This document shows, in pieces, positions 44,980-54,647 of a stretch of DNA of 64,000 bases. Each line of letters opens with the position of its first letter. Position 1 is the first letter of the stretch. Made by a program: the position numbers and the translations under genes. The stretch is from an uncultured Gammaproteobacteria bacterium (GTDB lineage: Bacteria > Patescibacteriota > Patescibacteriia > Patescibacteriales > GWC2-42-12). The stretch covers positions 110,951 through 174,950 of the forward strand of contig CAZLKB010000003.1 in assembly GCA_964560005.1 (NCBI GenBank), in the 5' to 3' direction. The notes beneath the pieces were generated by a model. It did no database searches. It was not told the origin of the DNA and worked only from the letters and a program-made list of their open reading frames with translations.

Positions 44980-45741
44980 CTATATCCACTTAGCGGTTAA
45001 TAAAACCGCCAATAAACTGATTGATCCCAATATTAAATACATTTTTACCTTGGCCGCGTCGAGTTTATCCAGCAAATGATTTTTTACCAGTCCGATAATC
45101 ACATAATAGCAGATCGCCAGAGTCAAACCGGAAATATTGTAGTTAAAGGGCAAGAATGAAATGGACCAAAATAATTCAACCAATATCAAACAGCTGATTA
45201 AAATACAGAGCAAGCCGGACCTCAGTTCTATTTTATTCACCCAAATTATCTGGTAGACCAATAAAATATCCGCTAATATTATGATCGGCACCAGCCAGGA
45301 AATCGGCAAATCAATAAATGACTGCAAGCCATAGATAGCGGCCGTCAGTAGAAAAAAGGCCGACCAATTGATATAAGCGGAAATATTTTCTATACTGAAG
45401 ACTTCATAAACCGCGGGGTTAAGCAAGTAATAATAAACTTGTCTTAAATATAAATACAAAAATACGACATTAAAAGCAAGCAGCAACTGGATGATAAGCT
45501 TATTGCTTATAAAAACCGAGTAAGCTATCACCGCTGTTGAAAAAACGGCCGGTAAAATCAAGTAATTCCACCAGCTCTTATCAATCGTGCTGGCTCTGCT
45601 GAATTGCCAGACGGCGAAAAAAATCAATAAATTAATCAAAACCGCGGCTACATAAATCAATTTCGGGGAAAAAAAATATATTTCCTCAAATAAAAAAATC
45701 AACAAAGGTATTAACGGGGTTAAAAAACGATTAAATTTCAT
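44980..45741 (-). CDS. hypothetical polytopic membrane protein
   Basis: 253 aa and about 8 hydrophobic helices. No motif. Confidence 0.5.
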   Translation of the reverse strand: MKFNRFLTPLIPLLIFLFEEIYFFSPKLIYVAAVLINLLIFFAVWQFSRASTIDKSWWNYLILPAVFSTAVIAYSVFISNKLIIQLLLAFNVVFLYLYLRQVYYYLLNPAVYEVFSIENISAYINWSAFFLLTAAIYGLQSFIDLPISWLVPIIILADILLVYQIIWVNKIELRSGLLCILISCLILVELFWSISFLPFNYNISGLTLAICYYVIIGLVKNHLLDKLDAAKVKMYLILGSISLLAVLLTAKWI

Positions 45742-45752
45742 TTCAGTAAAAA

Positions 45753-46178
45753 TTAGTTATTCAGCCAACTATAATCAGTTTTTAATTGCGCCATCATTTT
45801 TTGGCTTATGGTTTTCTCTCGATCGTCATTATCGGCCAGATATTTCTCCATTCTATCTAAAGCTAAAATAAAATCCAAGTGCAAATTCTTAAATTGCGCC
45901 GGCAAGCCTTTAACGCCCAGCAGCTTGTTTTTTAATTCCGCGATTTTCTCCAAGGTAAAATTATCGTCTGCAACCGATTTTTCATAGGCTAGGAAAATTT
46001 CTTTTACTTTTGCCTGATAGCTCGCCGCCGACAAAACAACATTTTCATTTTTAACCGTTTCAACCGGCCGGCCGGGGCTAACAATTTTTTTTCCTGATTC
46101 GGCGGTTGCTATTAAAACTAATACTAATACTAATAAAACCGCTGAAAGAATAATCAAAATGATATTTTTTTTGGACAT
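45753..46178 (-). CDS. hypothetical membrane-anchored protein
   Basis: 141 aa with an N-terminal TM helix and a helical ectodomain. Confidence 0.45.
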   Translation of the reverse strand: MSKKNIILIILSAVLLVLVLVLIATAESGKKIVSPGRPVETVKNENVVLSAASYQAKVKEIFLAYEKSVADDNFTLEKIAELKNKLLGVKGLPAQFKNLHLDFILALDRMEKYLADNDDREKTISQKMMAQLKTDYSWLNN

Positions 46179-46187
46179 ATTGTTCGT

Positions 46188-46517
46188 CTATACATCAAAT
46201 TTTTTAGCTTCCATTTCCAGCCAATTATTAATGGCTTCATCCCATTTATAGGCTTTAAACTTGTGGCTCTTCTCGTCCGGACTGTAGACATATTCCACTA
46301 CGGTTTCGGCGCCAAGGCGGTTGGAATACTTGGTTTTTTTATCTAGAACAGCCGGCCTGGTGGTAAACTCCAATTTCATCCGGCCTAACGGTCCGATAAA
46401 AATTATATGCTCAACCTCAATGCCTCCGGCCTCGTCAAGATGCGATGTTTTATTCTCTTCAACCTTATAATTATCTTTAATATTCCCAACAAGTTGTTGC
46501 CATTTTTCAGGAAGCAT
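46188..46517 (-). CDS. hypothetical protein
   Basis: 109-aa ATG ORF, co-directional and tightly spaced with its neighbours. Confidence 0.45.
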   Translation of the reverse strand: MLPEKWQQLVGNIKDNYKVEENKTSHLDEAGGIEVEHIIFIGPLGRMKLEFTTRPAVLDKKTKYSNRLGAETVVEYVYSPDEKSHKFKAYKWDEAINNWLEMEAKKFDV

Positions 46518-46583
46518 GTAGTTTGAATAATGAATTATGTTAGCATTATAACATAAAAACCTGTTAAATTACAAATGAATTTC

Positions 46584-47171
46584 TCAGTTGCGGGATTTGC
46601 TGAATTCACAGCCGCAATAATTCTGCCGGTATAGCCCGAGCTCTCGGGAAATGGCGGAGGATTTTTTAAAGCCGTCCTGCTTTTTAAAATCTTTATTTAT
46701 AAACTTAAGGCCAGGTCGCGCGGCCGCTCGCTCGCCGATTTTATTTATGGCTCCAGCGTCTTTATGCGGACTAGTGGTCAGGGTGGTGGTTAAATAACCG
46801 CAGTTTAATTTTTTCGCCATATCCGCGGCCGCGTCCAATCTGAATTTATAGCAGATCAGGCAGCGCTCGCCTCGCTCCGGATCGTTTTCGCGGCCGCGAA
46901 CCGCTTCCAGCCACTTTTCATGATCATAATCACCCTTGATTATCGCCAAATTAAATTGCTCGGCAATCTTCTCCGCCTCCGCCAGTCGTTTTTCATATTC
47001 TTCCATGGGCCAAATATTGGGATTATAAAAAAACAGCATTACTTCATAATCCTGTTTTAATAGCTGGCTGACATAGACTCCGCAACCGACGCAGCAGATG
47101 TGGAGCAACAATTTAGATTTTTTACTACATTCTCCTTCAGGCAAAGCTATGGATTGCTTGGCGTAATTCAT
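46584..47171 (-). CDS. queH: epoxyqueuosine reductase QueH (DUF208)
   Basis: LLLHICCVGCGVY, FFYNPNIWPMEEYEKR, CLICYKFRL and the C-terminal YRQNYCGCEF cysteine pattern. Confidence 0.8.
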   Translation of the reverse strand: MNYAKQSIALPEGECSKKSKLLLHICCVGCGVYVSQLLKQDYEVMLFFYNPNIWPMEEYEKRLAEAEKIAEQFNLAIIKGDYDHEKWLEAVRGRENDPERGERCLICYKFRLDAAADMAKKLNCGYLTTTLTTSPHKDAGAINKIGERAAARPGLKFINKDFKKQDGFKKSSAISRELGLYRQNYCGCEFSKSRN

Positions 47172-47300
47172 GGAATAAATTTAAAATTAAAATCTCAAAA
47201 TGTAAAATGACAATGTAAAATCTAAAATTGAACTCAAAAGGCTTATTTATAACTTTGCATTTTAAATTGTCATTTTTAACTTTGAGATTTACATTTTACA
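47172..47300. repeat. AT-rich inverted-repeat spacer element (aaaatgtaaa dialect)
   Basis: aaatctcaaaatgtaaaatgacaatgtaaaatc pairs with gcattttaaattgtcatttttaactttgagatttacattttacatt. Confidence 0.8.
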
Positions 47301-48509
47301 TTATTTTAGATACTTTTTTCCCTTTAATTTCTCCGGCAAGTACTCCTGCTTTTCTTTGTAATCATAATCCGGGCTGTATTTATAATCCTTGCCGTAGCCC
47401 AAGTTTTTCATTAATTTTGTCGGCGCATTTCTAATATGGAGCGGCACCGGCAGGTTGCCGTACTCGCGCACATCGGCAGCCGCTTGATTATAAGCGGTGT
47501 ACAAAGCGTTGGACTTCTGGCATTTGGCCATATAGACAACGGCCTGGGCTAAAATCACATTGCATTCGGGTAAACCGATGAAATGGCAAGCCTCGTAGGC
47601 GGCCACGGCCTGCTCTAAGGCGCGCGAATTAGCCAAGCCGATATCTTCCGAGGCGAACCGCACCAGCCGGCGCGCGATGTAGAGCGGATCTTCGCCCGCT
47701 TCGGTCATGCGCGCCAGCCAATACAAAGCCGCGTCCGGGTCGGAACCGCGCATGGCTTTATGCAGAGCGGAAATAATATTATAGTGCTCTTCCCCGTCTT
47801 TATCGTAAAATAAATAAGATTTTTGAAAAGCTTCCTTGATGACATTGATAGAAATATTACTGTTCATTGAGGCGGCGTATTCTAAAACATTAAGAGCCGT
47901 ACGGGCGTCGCCGTTGGATAGTTGAGCCAGCATTTTTACGGCATCTTCGCTTAGGTTAATTTCCATTTTGCCCAAACCCTTATCTTTATCTTTAACCGCT
48001 CTTCCAATTATAGTTTCCAGCTGCGCTTCGCCTAATTGCTTTAAAACGAAAACGCGGCATCTTGATAACAACGCTCCGCGCACTTCAAAGCTCGGGTTCT
48101 CCGTGGTGGCGCCGATTAAAATTATGGTTCCGCGTTCAACGTGGGGCAGCAAAGCGTCTTGCTGGGCCTTATTCCAGCGGTGGATCTCATCAATAAACAA
48201 AATGGTTTTTTTGTCTTCAATGGCATTCTCCTTCGCTTTCTTAATGACTTCCTTTAAATCTTTTAAGCCGCTGGTAACGGCGCTAAATTGTAAAAATTCA
48301 GATTTGGTCAAACGGGCAATTATATGAGCCAAAGTGGTTTTGCCGCTCCCCGGCGGACCCCAAAAAATCATTGAAGGCAAATTATCGCTCTCTATCGCCT
48401 GCCTTAGTAATTTCCCCTGCCCGATAATTTCATCTTGCCCCAATAAATCTTTCAGCGTTTCCGGCCGTATTCTATCGGCTAAAGGCGAAGTTTTATTATA
48501 AAACACCAT
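47301..48509 (-). CDS. rarA: replication-associated recombination protein A (AAA+ ATPase)
   Basis: LADRIRPETLKDLLGQDEIIG, FWGPPGSGKTTLA, LFIDEIHRWNKAQQDALLPHVE, MRGSDPDAALYWLARM. Confidence 0.9.
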   Translation of the reverse strand: MVFYNKTSPLADRIRPETLKDLLGQDEIIGQGKLLRQAIESDNLPSMIFWGPPGSGKTTLAHIIARLTKSEFLQFSAVTSGLKDLKEVIKKAKENAIEDKKTILFIDEIHRWNKAQQDALLPHVERGTIILIGATTENPSFEVRGALLSRCRVFVLKQLGEAQLETIIGRAVKDKDKGLGKMEINLSEDAVKMLAQLSNGDARTALNVLEYAASMNSNISINVIKEAFQKSYLFYDKDGEEHYNIISALHKAMRGSDPDAALYWLARMTEAGEDPLYIARRLVRFASEDIGLANSRALEQAVAAYEACHFIGLPECNVILAQAVVYMAKCQKSNALYTAYNQAAADVREYGNLPVPLHIRNAPTKLMKNLGYGKDYKYSPDYDYKEKQEYLPEKLKGKKYLK

Positions 48510-48684
48510 ATTTATAAATTATAAATCCTAATCGTGCTACTGGATTTGGTTTTGAGCGCACGCTAAAATATCAATTTTTAAATTTTGTAATTTTTAATTT
48601 TTAAATAATTTTTAATACCTTAATTTTTAATAAAATTATTTCTTAAGATATTTGGATATTATAAAATTAAAAATTGCAAAATTT

Positions 48685-49392
48685 TTACGCCCCAAACCGC
48701 CTCTTTCTTTCCGCATACTCTCTTAAAATAATTTCTACATCCACCTCTTCAAAATCAGGCCAATATTTTTTTATAAAAAATAGCTCGCTATAAACCGACT
48801 GCCAAGCCAGAAAGCCGGAAAGCCTTTGCTCGCCCGAGGTGCGCACCACTATATCCGGGTCGGCCAGGTCGCCATTATACAAATATTTTTTTATCATGCC
48901 CTCGTGCACCTGCTCCAACTCAACTTTATTCTTTATCATTTTCCGCACCGCGTCCACTATTTCGGCCCGGCCGCCATAATTTAAGCAAATATTTACCGTG
49001 CCATTTCTGTTATTTTTTGTTTCGGCGATAATCTCCGCGCATTTAGCCGGCAAATCTCCGGGCAATTCTTCAGTCCGTCCGCTGATTAAAACTTTATAAC
49101 CTTGCTTTTTAGCCTGCTCCCGCAAGCTAGACTCAACGGCATGTAATAATAATTTCATTAAATAATTAACTTCATCTTGCTGCCGATTCCAGTTTTCAAC
49201 CGAGAAAGCGTAGAACGATACAATGCTTACCCCGCGAGAAAAAAACCATTCCGGAGTTGATTTTAACTTTTCATAGCCTTTCTGGTGGCCTTCAAAAGTC
49301 GGCAGGTTTCTTTCGCGCGCCCAGCGCCGATTGCCATCCATAATAATGCCGACATGAACAGGAATATTTTGTTGTGTTTTTTTATCAGGCAT
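48685..49392 (-). CDS. uppS: isoprenyl transferase (undecaprenyl-diphosphate synthase)
   Basis: HVGIIMDGNRRWA, FSVENWNR, RTSGEQRLSGFLAWQ. Confidence 0.9.
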   Translation of the reverse strand: MPDKKTQQNIPVHVGIIMDGNRRWARERNLPTFEGHQKGYEKLKSTPEWFFSRGVSIVSFYAFSVENWNRQQDEVNYLMKLLLHAVESSLREQAKKQGYKVLISGRTEELPGDLPAKCAEIIAETKNNRNGTVNICLNYGGRAEIVDAVRKMIKNKVELEQVHEGMIKKYLYNGDLADPDIVVRTSGEQRLSGFLAWQSVYSELFFIKKYWPDFEEVDVEIILREYAERKRRFGA

Positions 49393-49494
49393 AAAAAAAT
49401 AAAAATGAAAAAATAAAAATGTAATTTGTAGTTAAAAAACTGATAATTTTACATTTTTAACTGTCATTTTCAACTTTGAGATTTACATTTTACA

Positions 49495-49770
49495 TTATTT
49501 AACTATCTTCACCAATTTTAACCTCTCGCCGGCTCCACTGATTATTTTAATGTTACTTTTGCTAACGCTAAATTCCCGCGCTAAAAATTTTATTAGCTCT
49601 GAATTAGCTTTGCCCCGAATCGCCGGCGCCGCTATGTCTATCTTAATTATTTCCCCGTCATCATCCTTTAGGATTTGCTTGACTTTATCGGTAACCGAAC
49701 CAGGCCGGGCCTTTATCCTTAAATAAACTTCGCCGTCCTGATTAAACTGCTTGAGAAATTGGCTTAACAT
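49495..49770 (-). CDS. DUF167 (YggU-like) protein
   Basis: LRIKARPGS ... GKANSELIKFLAREFSVSKSNIKIISGAGERLKLVKI matches the DUF167 pattern. Confidence 0.75.
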   Translation of the reverse strand: MLSQFLKQFNQDGEVYLRIKARPGSVTDKVKQILKDDDGEIIKIDIAAPAIRGKANSELIKFLAREFSVSKSNIKIISGAGERLKLVKIVK

Positions 49771-49772
49771 GG

Positions 49773-49834
49773 TCGGGATACTGGGAATTGCCAGCCCGAG
49801 GCTGGTCCGCCTTGGGCGGAAACCCAGTCTACAC
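49773..49834 (-). pseudogene. duplicated 3-prime fragment of tRNA-Pro interrupted in the T loop by the 30-nt double-hairpin element
   Basis: tcgggatactgggaattg (18 nt) and aacccagtctacac (14 nt) are identical to 49879-49910 of the intact tRNA-Pro. They are separated by ccagcccgaggctggtccgccttgggcgga (49791-49820). No 5-prime half is present. Confidence 0.8.
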
Positions 49835-49878
49835 TCGCCGTTACACGGTTAAACTGACATCCTAATTAATATTACATG

Positions 49879-49949
49879 TCGGGATACTGGGAATTGAACC
49901 CAGTCTACACGCACCCGAAGCGTGTGTACTACCGGTATACGATATCCCG
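49879..49949 (-). tRNA. tRNA-Pro (anticodon CGG)
   Basis: Acceptor CGGGATA/TATCCCG. Anticodon arm CACGC-TTCGGGT-GCGTG. T arm CTGGG-TTCAATT-CCCAG. Confidence 0.9.
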
Positions 49950-49956
49950 TGATTTA

Positions 49957-50301
49957 CTATTTTTGAACCTTAAAAATGTTATTTAAAACATAGCTGACTA
50001 TTGATAAAATAATGCTGAACAGCATCGCTATCCAAAATCCGTTCACCGAAAAACCTTTAATCACCGAAGCGGCTAATAAAATAAGCAAAGCGTTAATGAC
50101 AAAAGTAAACAACCCTAAGGTTAGAATATTGATAGGCAGGGTTATTAAAATTAAAACCGGTTTAACCAAAACATTAATAATTCCCAAAAACAAGGCCAGC
50201 CACAAAGCCGTCCAAAAACCGGCTACCACGACGCCGGGTATTAAATACGAGCTGATCATAATCGCCAGGACCATGATGAGCCACCTGATAATCAATGGCA
50301 T
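49957..50301 (-). CDS. phage-holin-4 / DUF360 (YvlD-like) small membrane protein
   Basis: 114 aa with four TM helices: VLAIMISSYLIPGVVVAGFWTALWLALFLGIINVLVKPVLILITLPINILTLGLFTFVINA. Confidence 0.65.
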   Translation of the reverse strand: MPLIIRWLIMVLAIMISSYLIPGVVVAGFWTALWLALFLGIINVLVKPVLILITLPINILTLGLFTFVINALLILLAASVIKGFSVNGFWIAMLFSIILSIVSYVLNNIFKVQK

Positions 50302-50322
50302 AATATTTTCATTTAATAATTA

Positions 50323-50396
50323 TGGTGGACTTAGCGGGAGTCGAACCCGCGTCTCGGCAATGCGAATGCCGCGTACTACCACTATACTATAAGCCC
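50323..50396 (-). tRNA. tRNA-Ala (anticodon CGC), CCA encoded
   Basis: Acceptor GGGCTTA/TAAGTCC with the G3:U70 identity pair. Anticodon arm CGGCA-TTCGCAT-TGCCG. T arm GCGGG-TTCGACT-CCCGC. Confidence 0.9.
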
Positions 50397-50421
50397 ATGT
50401 TGATTTACAAATTATGATTTA

Positions 50422-51258
50422 CTATTGATTTTCTAAGGTTGAACTGGCTGATTCATCTTCCGAAGCTGGCGCGACGCCGGACGGCAATTCCGGACCGACG
50501 ACCTTAGCTTCATCTCCGGCTTCCGCGCTTACTAGCTCTACGCCGTTTACCGTAACATCCTGCAGCGGATGGTCGTCTCCGTTCACCTCGACATTTTCAA
50601 TCTTTTCCACCGCTTCCATGCCCTCGGCCACATAGCCGAAATTAGTATGCTTGCCGTCCAGCCAGGGCGTCGAATCTTTAGTTACGATAAAAAATTGCGA
50701 GCCATTGGTATTGGCTCCGGAATTGGCCATGGCCAAGCTGCCTTTAACCAATTTGTGCTGATTAATTTCATCCTGAAATTGATAGCCCGGACCGCCTTGG
50801 CCGTCGTTAGATGGATCGTCGTCTTTGCTTAACGGATCGCCGCCCTGAATCATGAAATCTTTAATCACCCGGTGAAATTTCGTGCCGTTATAAAATCCAG
50901 CCTTGGCTAAATTTAAAAAATTATTAACCGTGATGGGCGATTCTTGAGCGTAAAATTTAACAATAATATCGCCAAAATTGGTTTTAATAATAGCGCTGTC
51001 GAATTGCGCAGCCAGATTCTCCAACTGCTTTTGGCCGCTATCCGGCGCCGGAGCCGTTTCGGCCGGCGCTTCTGTCCCTCCGGTAGGTTTTACATTCGGC
51101 TTTAAGCCGTTTTTTATGGCTGTCATTCTACCTATTATATCCGCTTCGTTGAAATTGTCCATAGTCTTGGGCGCGCTGGTCTCGTCTATGCTCACCGGAC
51201 TTTCCGAACAAGCGGTTAAGGTTAGCGATAAAATAATTAATAGAATAATTCTTTTCAT
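50422..51258 (-). CDS. cyclophilin-type peptidyl-prolyl isomerase, lipoprotein
   Basis: Lipobox LTLTAC. FHRVIKDFMIQGGDP and GSLAMANSGANTNGSQFFIV. Confidence 0.9.
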   Translation of the reverse strand: MKRIILLIILSLTLTACSESPVSIDETSAPKTMDNFNEADIIGRMTAIKNGLKPNVKPTGGTEAPAETAPAPDSGQKQLENLAAQFDSAIIKTNFGDIIVKFYAQESPITVNNFLNLAKAGFYNGTKFHRVIKDFMIQGGDPLSKDDDPSNDGQGGPGYQFQDEINQHKLVKGSLAMANSGANTNGSQFFIVTKDSTPWLDGKHTNFGYVAEGMEAVEKIENVEVNGDDHPLQDVTVNGVELVSAEAGDEAKVVGPELPSGVAPASEDESASSTLENQ

Positions 51259-51302
51259 ATTTTTATTCTCAATTTCTTCAATTTCAGTATACCCATAAAA
51301 AT

Positions 51303-52052
51303 TTAAATGCTTTTTGAAATATTCGCCACTTTAACATCTCCATAATAATTCGAGGAAAAAATCAAATAGATCATCTCCAATTGATTGATAATCGCTTTAA
51401 TCAGCACTTCGGTCTGCCCGGCAATTTTTATTCTTGGAATCAGGCAGCAAATTTTGATTTTTAAATCATTTCGGTCGGAACAAAAAATTATAAATGACTC
51501 TAAATTAAAATTATTGATTAAATCGTGATTGCTGATCCGGCTCGTCAAAGCGGCCGCGCCTTGGCGGCAATGGCAATGCTCGCTCAAGGTTTTGAAATCG
51601 TCCAAGTTAATTATTTTAAATAAAACCCAATCTACGGCAACAATGCTTAAAATCTTTTCCGAAAAATATCTGAAAATTTTCTTTAATTCATTCTTGCTCT
51701 CCGGATATTTTTTAAAACCGCTGAAAATGGCTTTGATTTCCTGAATCTGAATATTAACTTGGCCGATATGCTTAAAGGCCTCTTCCAGCCGTTCTTCCAA
51801 AGTCAAGCGGCGAGAGTTTAAATTCTTTAACTCTTCTTCATTCTTTTTAATTTCTTTTTTGTATAGAAGATAGATAAAATAACCCAAGCCGAAAAGTAAA
51901 GCGCTCAAAATTATCTCTAAAATTTCCTCGTGCTCGTGGCTTAAGTCCGGTAAGTTTTTCTCCAATATTAAAGGGTGGAGAATAATCACGCCAATCATTA
52001 TCACGAAGGATAAAATATATAAATTTTTTAACGCCAATATGCCTTTTTGCAT
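51303..52052 (-). CDS. hypothetical membrane protein with coiled-coil linker
   Basis: Two N-terminal TM helices, a coiled coil (EELKNLNSRRLTLEERLEEAFKHIGQVNIQIQEI), then a Cys-containing C-terminal domain. Sensor-like but with no kinase motifs. Confidence 0.45.
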   Translation of the reverse strand: MQKGILALKNLYILSFVIMIGVIILHPLILEKNLPDLSHEHEEILEIILSALLFGLGYFIYLLYKKEIKKNEEELKNLNSRRLTLEERLEEAFKHIGQVNIQIQEIKAIFSGFKKYPESKNELKKIFRYFSEKILSIVAVDWVLFKIINLDDFKTLSEHCHCRQGAAALTSRISNHDLINNFNLESFIIFCSDRNDLKIKICCLIPRIKIAGQTEVLIKAIINQLEMIYLIFSSNYYGDVKVANISKSI

Positions 52053-52055
52053 ATA

Positions 52056-53504
52056 TTATTTAACATAAAATTCTTTTTTTATTTCTTCATCGTCCTCCAT
52101 CTTTTTCTCTTCTATTTTCTCTTTAGCTCGTTCTCTTAATTCTTTTAAGTCCATCTTATTAAGTGCAGCGCTCCGCGCCGCCAAATATTCCTGATTGTTC
52201 AATTTCTGATCTTCAATTACTTCGGATAGTAAGACATCTAAAATCGCTCCGATTTTCGGCCCGGGTTCAATTTTCAACAATTTCATTAAATTATCGCCGT
52301 TGATTTTTAACATTTTAACCGAAACCGCGTCATGCCTGACTTTCTCCATCATATACTCCAAGTGCCTTAGCTTATACGGCTTAGCCTTGGGCACGCCCGA
52401 ACCCAGCCGGTCGGCAATGCGCAAATCAATCAGGTCGGCCAAATTTTCTTCACCCACCTTTCTAATCAAGCGGCGAACCGAGCTTTCCGTCACCTCGCCG
52501 ACATTATAATAAAACATATGGTTCTTGATCAGGTTAGTTACTTTTTCAATGTCGTCATTAGAAAACTTCAGCCTGGACATAATTTTGCCGGTCACCCTGG
52601 CTCCCATTAAATCATGGTTATAAAAAGTAACATCGCCTTTAATAATCCTCTTGGTTTGCGGCTTGGCGATATCGTGAAGCAATGACGCCAGCTTAACCTG
52701 CCATTTTTTATTGGGCGTATGTTTTAAAGATAAAACGCTGTGGTTAAAAACCGTGTAAATATGATGCCGATTTTGATCCACGCCCACGCCCCGCTCCAGC
52801 TCCGGGATAATATATTGAAGCAGCTTAAATTCATGAAGCATCATGATGCCTTCATAAGCTTTGTCTGATTCCAATATTTTAATGAGTTCATCGCGGATCC
52901 GTTCGCCGGAAACGAATTTAATGCCGCCGGCCATTTTAATAATGCCCCGTTCGGTTTTAGGCTCAAGGGAAAAATTTAACTGGCAAGCCAATCTGACCGC
53001 CCGCATCATGCGCAAAGCATCTTCTTTAAACCTGTCTTCCGGCTCGCCCACCGCCCGAATAATCCGTTTTTTCAAGTCTTTTTTTCCGCCGAACAAATCG
53101 GTTATCTCCGGGGCCTGCCCTGAGCGAAGCCGAAGGGCCATGGCATTAACCGTAAAATCTCTGCGGCTCAAATCTTTTTCCAGACTGTCTTCAAATTTAA
53201 TTTCATCCGGATGCCGCCGATCGCTATAACCCTGCTCCGAGCGATAAGTCGTTACTTCTACCACATCTTCAATCTCCCCGTTTTCAAGTTTTATCGGTAC
53301 TAAAACCGTGCCGAAAATATTTTCATATTTTCCGTCCGTAAAAATTTCTAAAATTTTTTCCGGCCGTGCATTAGTAGTTATGTCCCAATCCTTAGGTGCC
53401 TTTGCCATTAATAAATCACGCACGCAGCCGCCCACGATATAGGCTTCAAATCCTGCTTGGTCCAGTTTCTCCAAAATATTTTTTACATAATCGGGAATTT
53501 TCAT
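52056..53504 (-). CDS. cca: CCA-adding enzyme (class II tRNA nucleotidyltransferase with HD domain)
   Basis: AYIVGGCVRDLLM, DWDITT, RDFTVNAMA and the HD region LLHDIAKP. Confidence 0.9.
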   Translation of the reverse strand: MKIPDYVKNILEKLDQAGFEAYIVGGCVRDLLMAKAPKDWDITTNARPEKILEIFTDGKYENIFGTVLVPIKLENGEIEDVVEVTTYRSEQGYSDRRHPDEIKFEDSLEKDLSRRDFTVNAMALRLRSGQAPEITDLFGGKKDLKKRIIRAVGEPEDRFKEDALRMMRAVRLACQLNFSLEPKTERGIIKMAGGIKFVSGERIRDELIKILESDKAYEGIMMLHEFKLLQYIIPELERGVGVDQNRHHIYTVFNHSVLSLKHTPNKKWQVKLASLLHDIAKPQTKRIIKGDVTFYNHDLMGARVTGKIMSRLKFSNDDIEKVTNLIKNHMFYYNVGEVTESSVRRLIRKVGEENLADLIDLRIADRLGSGVPKAKPYKLRHLEYMMEKVRHDAVSVKMLKINGDNLMKLLKIEPGPKIGAILDVLLSEVIEDQKLNNQEYLAARSAALNKMDLKELRERAKEKIEEKKMEDDEEIKKEFYVK

Positions 53505-53634
53505 AAAACAAAATAAGCACTATTATTAGCCTTTAATATTATCACAATTATAGCTAAAATATACAATAGAATAGTACAAAAGTCAAAAAAACAGGCTATC
53601 AATCCTGTAATATTATTTTAACAATGAAATTATA

Positions 53635-54057
53635 TCAATAAATCTTTCCTGATTTAAAATTCTTAATCATAATTTCCGTGGCCTCCAGCATCTTATCCGG
53701 CAGATTTTCCAAACTAAACCAACACCATTCTTTAAACTTATCCGGTTCCATTAACCTTGGCTCTCCTCGGTAATTTTCTGATTTAAAACAAGCTACAATA
53801 AAATACTTTCCATCGATTTTTATATAACGTTTTTCTTCAACCACGGAAATTAGTTTCAAATCATAAACCTCCAAACCGGTCTCTTCCTTAGTTTCCCTTA
53901 CGGCTGCCTCCAACAAGCTCTCTCCAAACTCCACGCTACCGCCCGGACAGCACCACTCACCGGCGACGGGAGCCATTCGCGAGCCCATCAGCACCTCGCC
54001 ATTTTTATTTTGAATCATCACGCCCACGCCGACCTTGGGAAGTTTTTTTTCCGACAT
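53635..54057 (-). CDS. NUDIX hydrolase
   Basis: Nudix box GGSVEFGESLLEAAVRETKEETGL. Confidence 0.9.
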   Translation of the reverse strand: MSEKKLPKVGVGVMIQNKNGEVLMGSRMAPVAGEWCCPGGSVEFGESLLEAAVRETKEETGLEVYDLKLISVVEEKRYIKIDGKYFIVACFKSENYRGEPRLMEPDKFKEWCWFSLENLPDKMLEATEIMIKNFKSGKIY

Positions 54058-54058
54058 A

Positions 54059-54592
54059 TTAAAGCCTCTTTAACCACTTTAAAATTGCGAAAGCGATCAT
54101 ACCGCCCAAGACGGCTGTGGCCAATTGCGGCCAGCTCATCATCTGCGCCACCGCCGCGGCCAGCTCCTTTTTTATCAGTAATTTCGTTATCCAGCTTACG
54201 CTTAAAAATAAAAAGGCAAATTTCAAAACTGCGCCGATTATAATTCCCAGCCAATAACCCTTACTGCTGTCTTTCGCTTGAATGTAAAACCAATCAACGG
54301 CTAAGACAAAAATCGCATTGCCGATCATGATAAAGGGCACGACCGGCGCCAAAACCGCGGGTAGAAGCCCGCCGGACAAGGCCATCAAACTGGGAATCAG
54401 ACAGATAACCAGAGCGCTCCTGATGCCGACCAAGAATAATGCCAAAATGAAAATCGCGTTGATAACCGGACCAGTGATCCATTGTAGATGGATAAAAAAC
54501 GGCAGAATCGCGGCAGTCCCGGCTAAGGCGATAAACTGGGTTAGCGCCTGGACGTTAACATTCTCTAAAGTTTGGTCTTTGATAATTTCCAT
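54059..54592 (-). CDS. polytopic membrane protein, ECF-transporter S-component-like (tentative)
   Basis: 177 aa and 5-6 TM helices. WITGPVINAIFILALFLVG and VPFIMIGNAIFVL resemble ECF S-component strings. The assignment is weak. Confidence 0.4.
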   Translation of the reverse strand: MEIIKDQTLENVNVQALTQFIALAGTAAILPFFIHLQWITGPVINAIFILALFLVGIRSALVICLIPSLMALSGGLLPAVLAPVVPFIMIGNAIFVLAVDWFYIQAKDSSKGYWLGIIIGAVLKFAFLFLSVSWITKLLIKKELAAAVAQMMSWPQLATAVLGGMIAFAILKWLKRL

Positions 54593-54647
54593 AGTTTTAT
54601 TAATGATTATTAATTGTTTACATACTTGCCAGGCAAAGGATATTTAG

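Noticed and set aside
49773-49949. The tRNA-Pro direct repeats as attL/attR of a resident genomic island.
   Set aside because: Only about 45 nt separate the fragment from the intact tRNA, so nothing is currently integrated. I keep it only as a scar or duplication (see findings).
49957-50301. The holin-family gene flanked by tRNA-Pro and tRNA-Ala as evidence of a prophage.
   Set aside because: DUF360/holin-4 proteins are common chromosomal membrane proteins. No integrase, endolysin, capsid or terminase genes are nearby.
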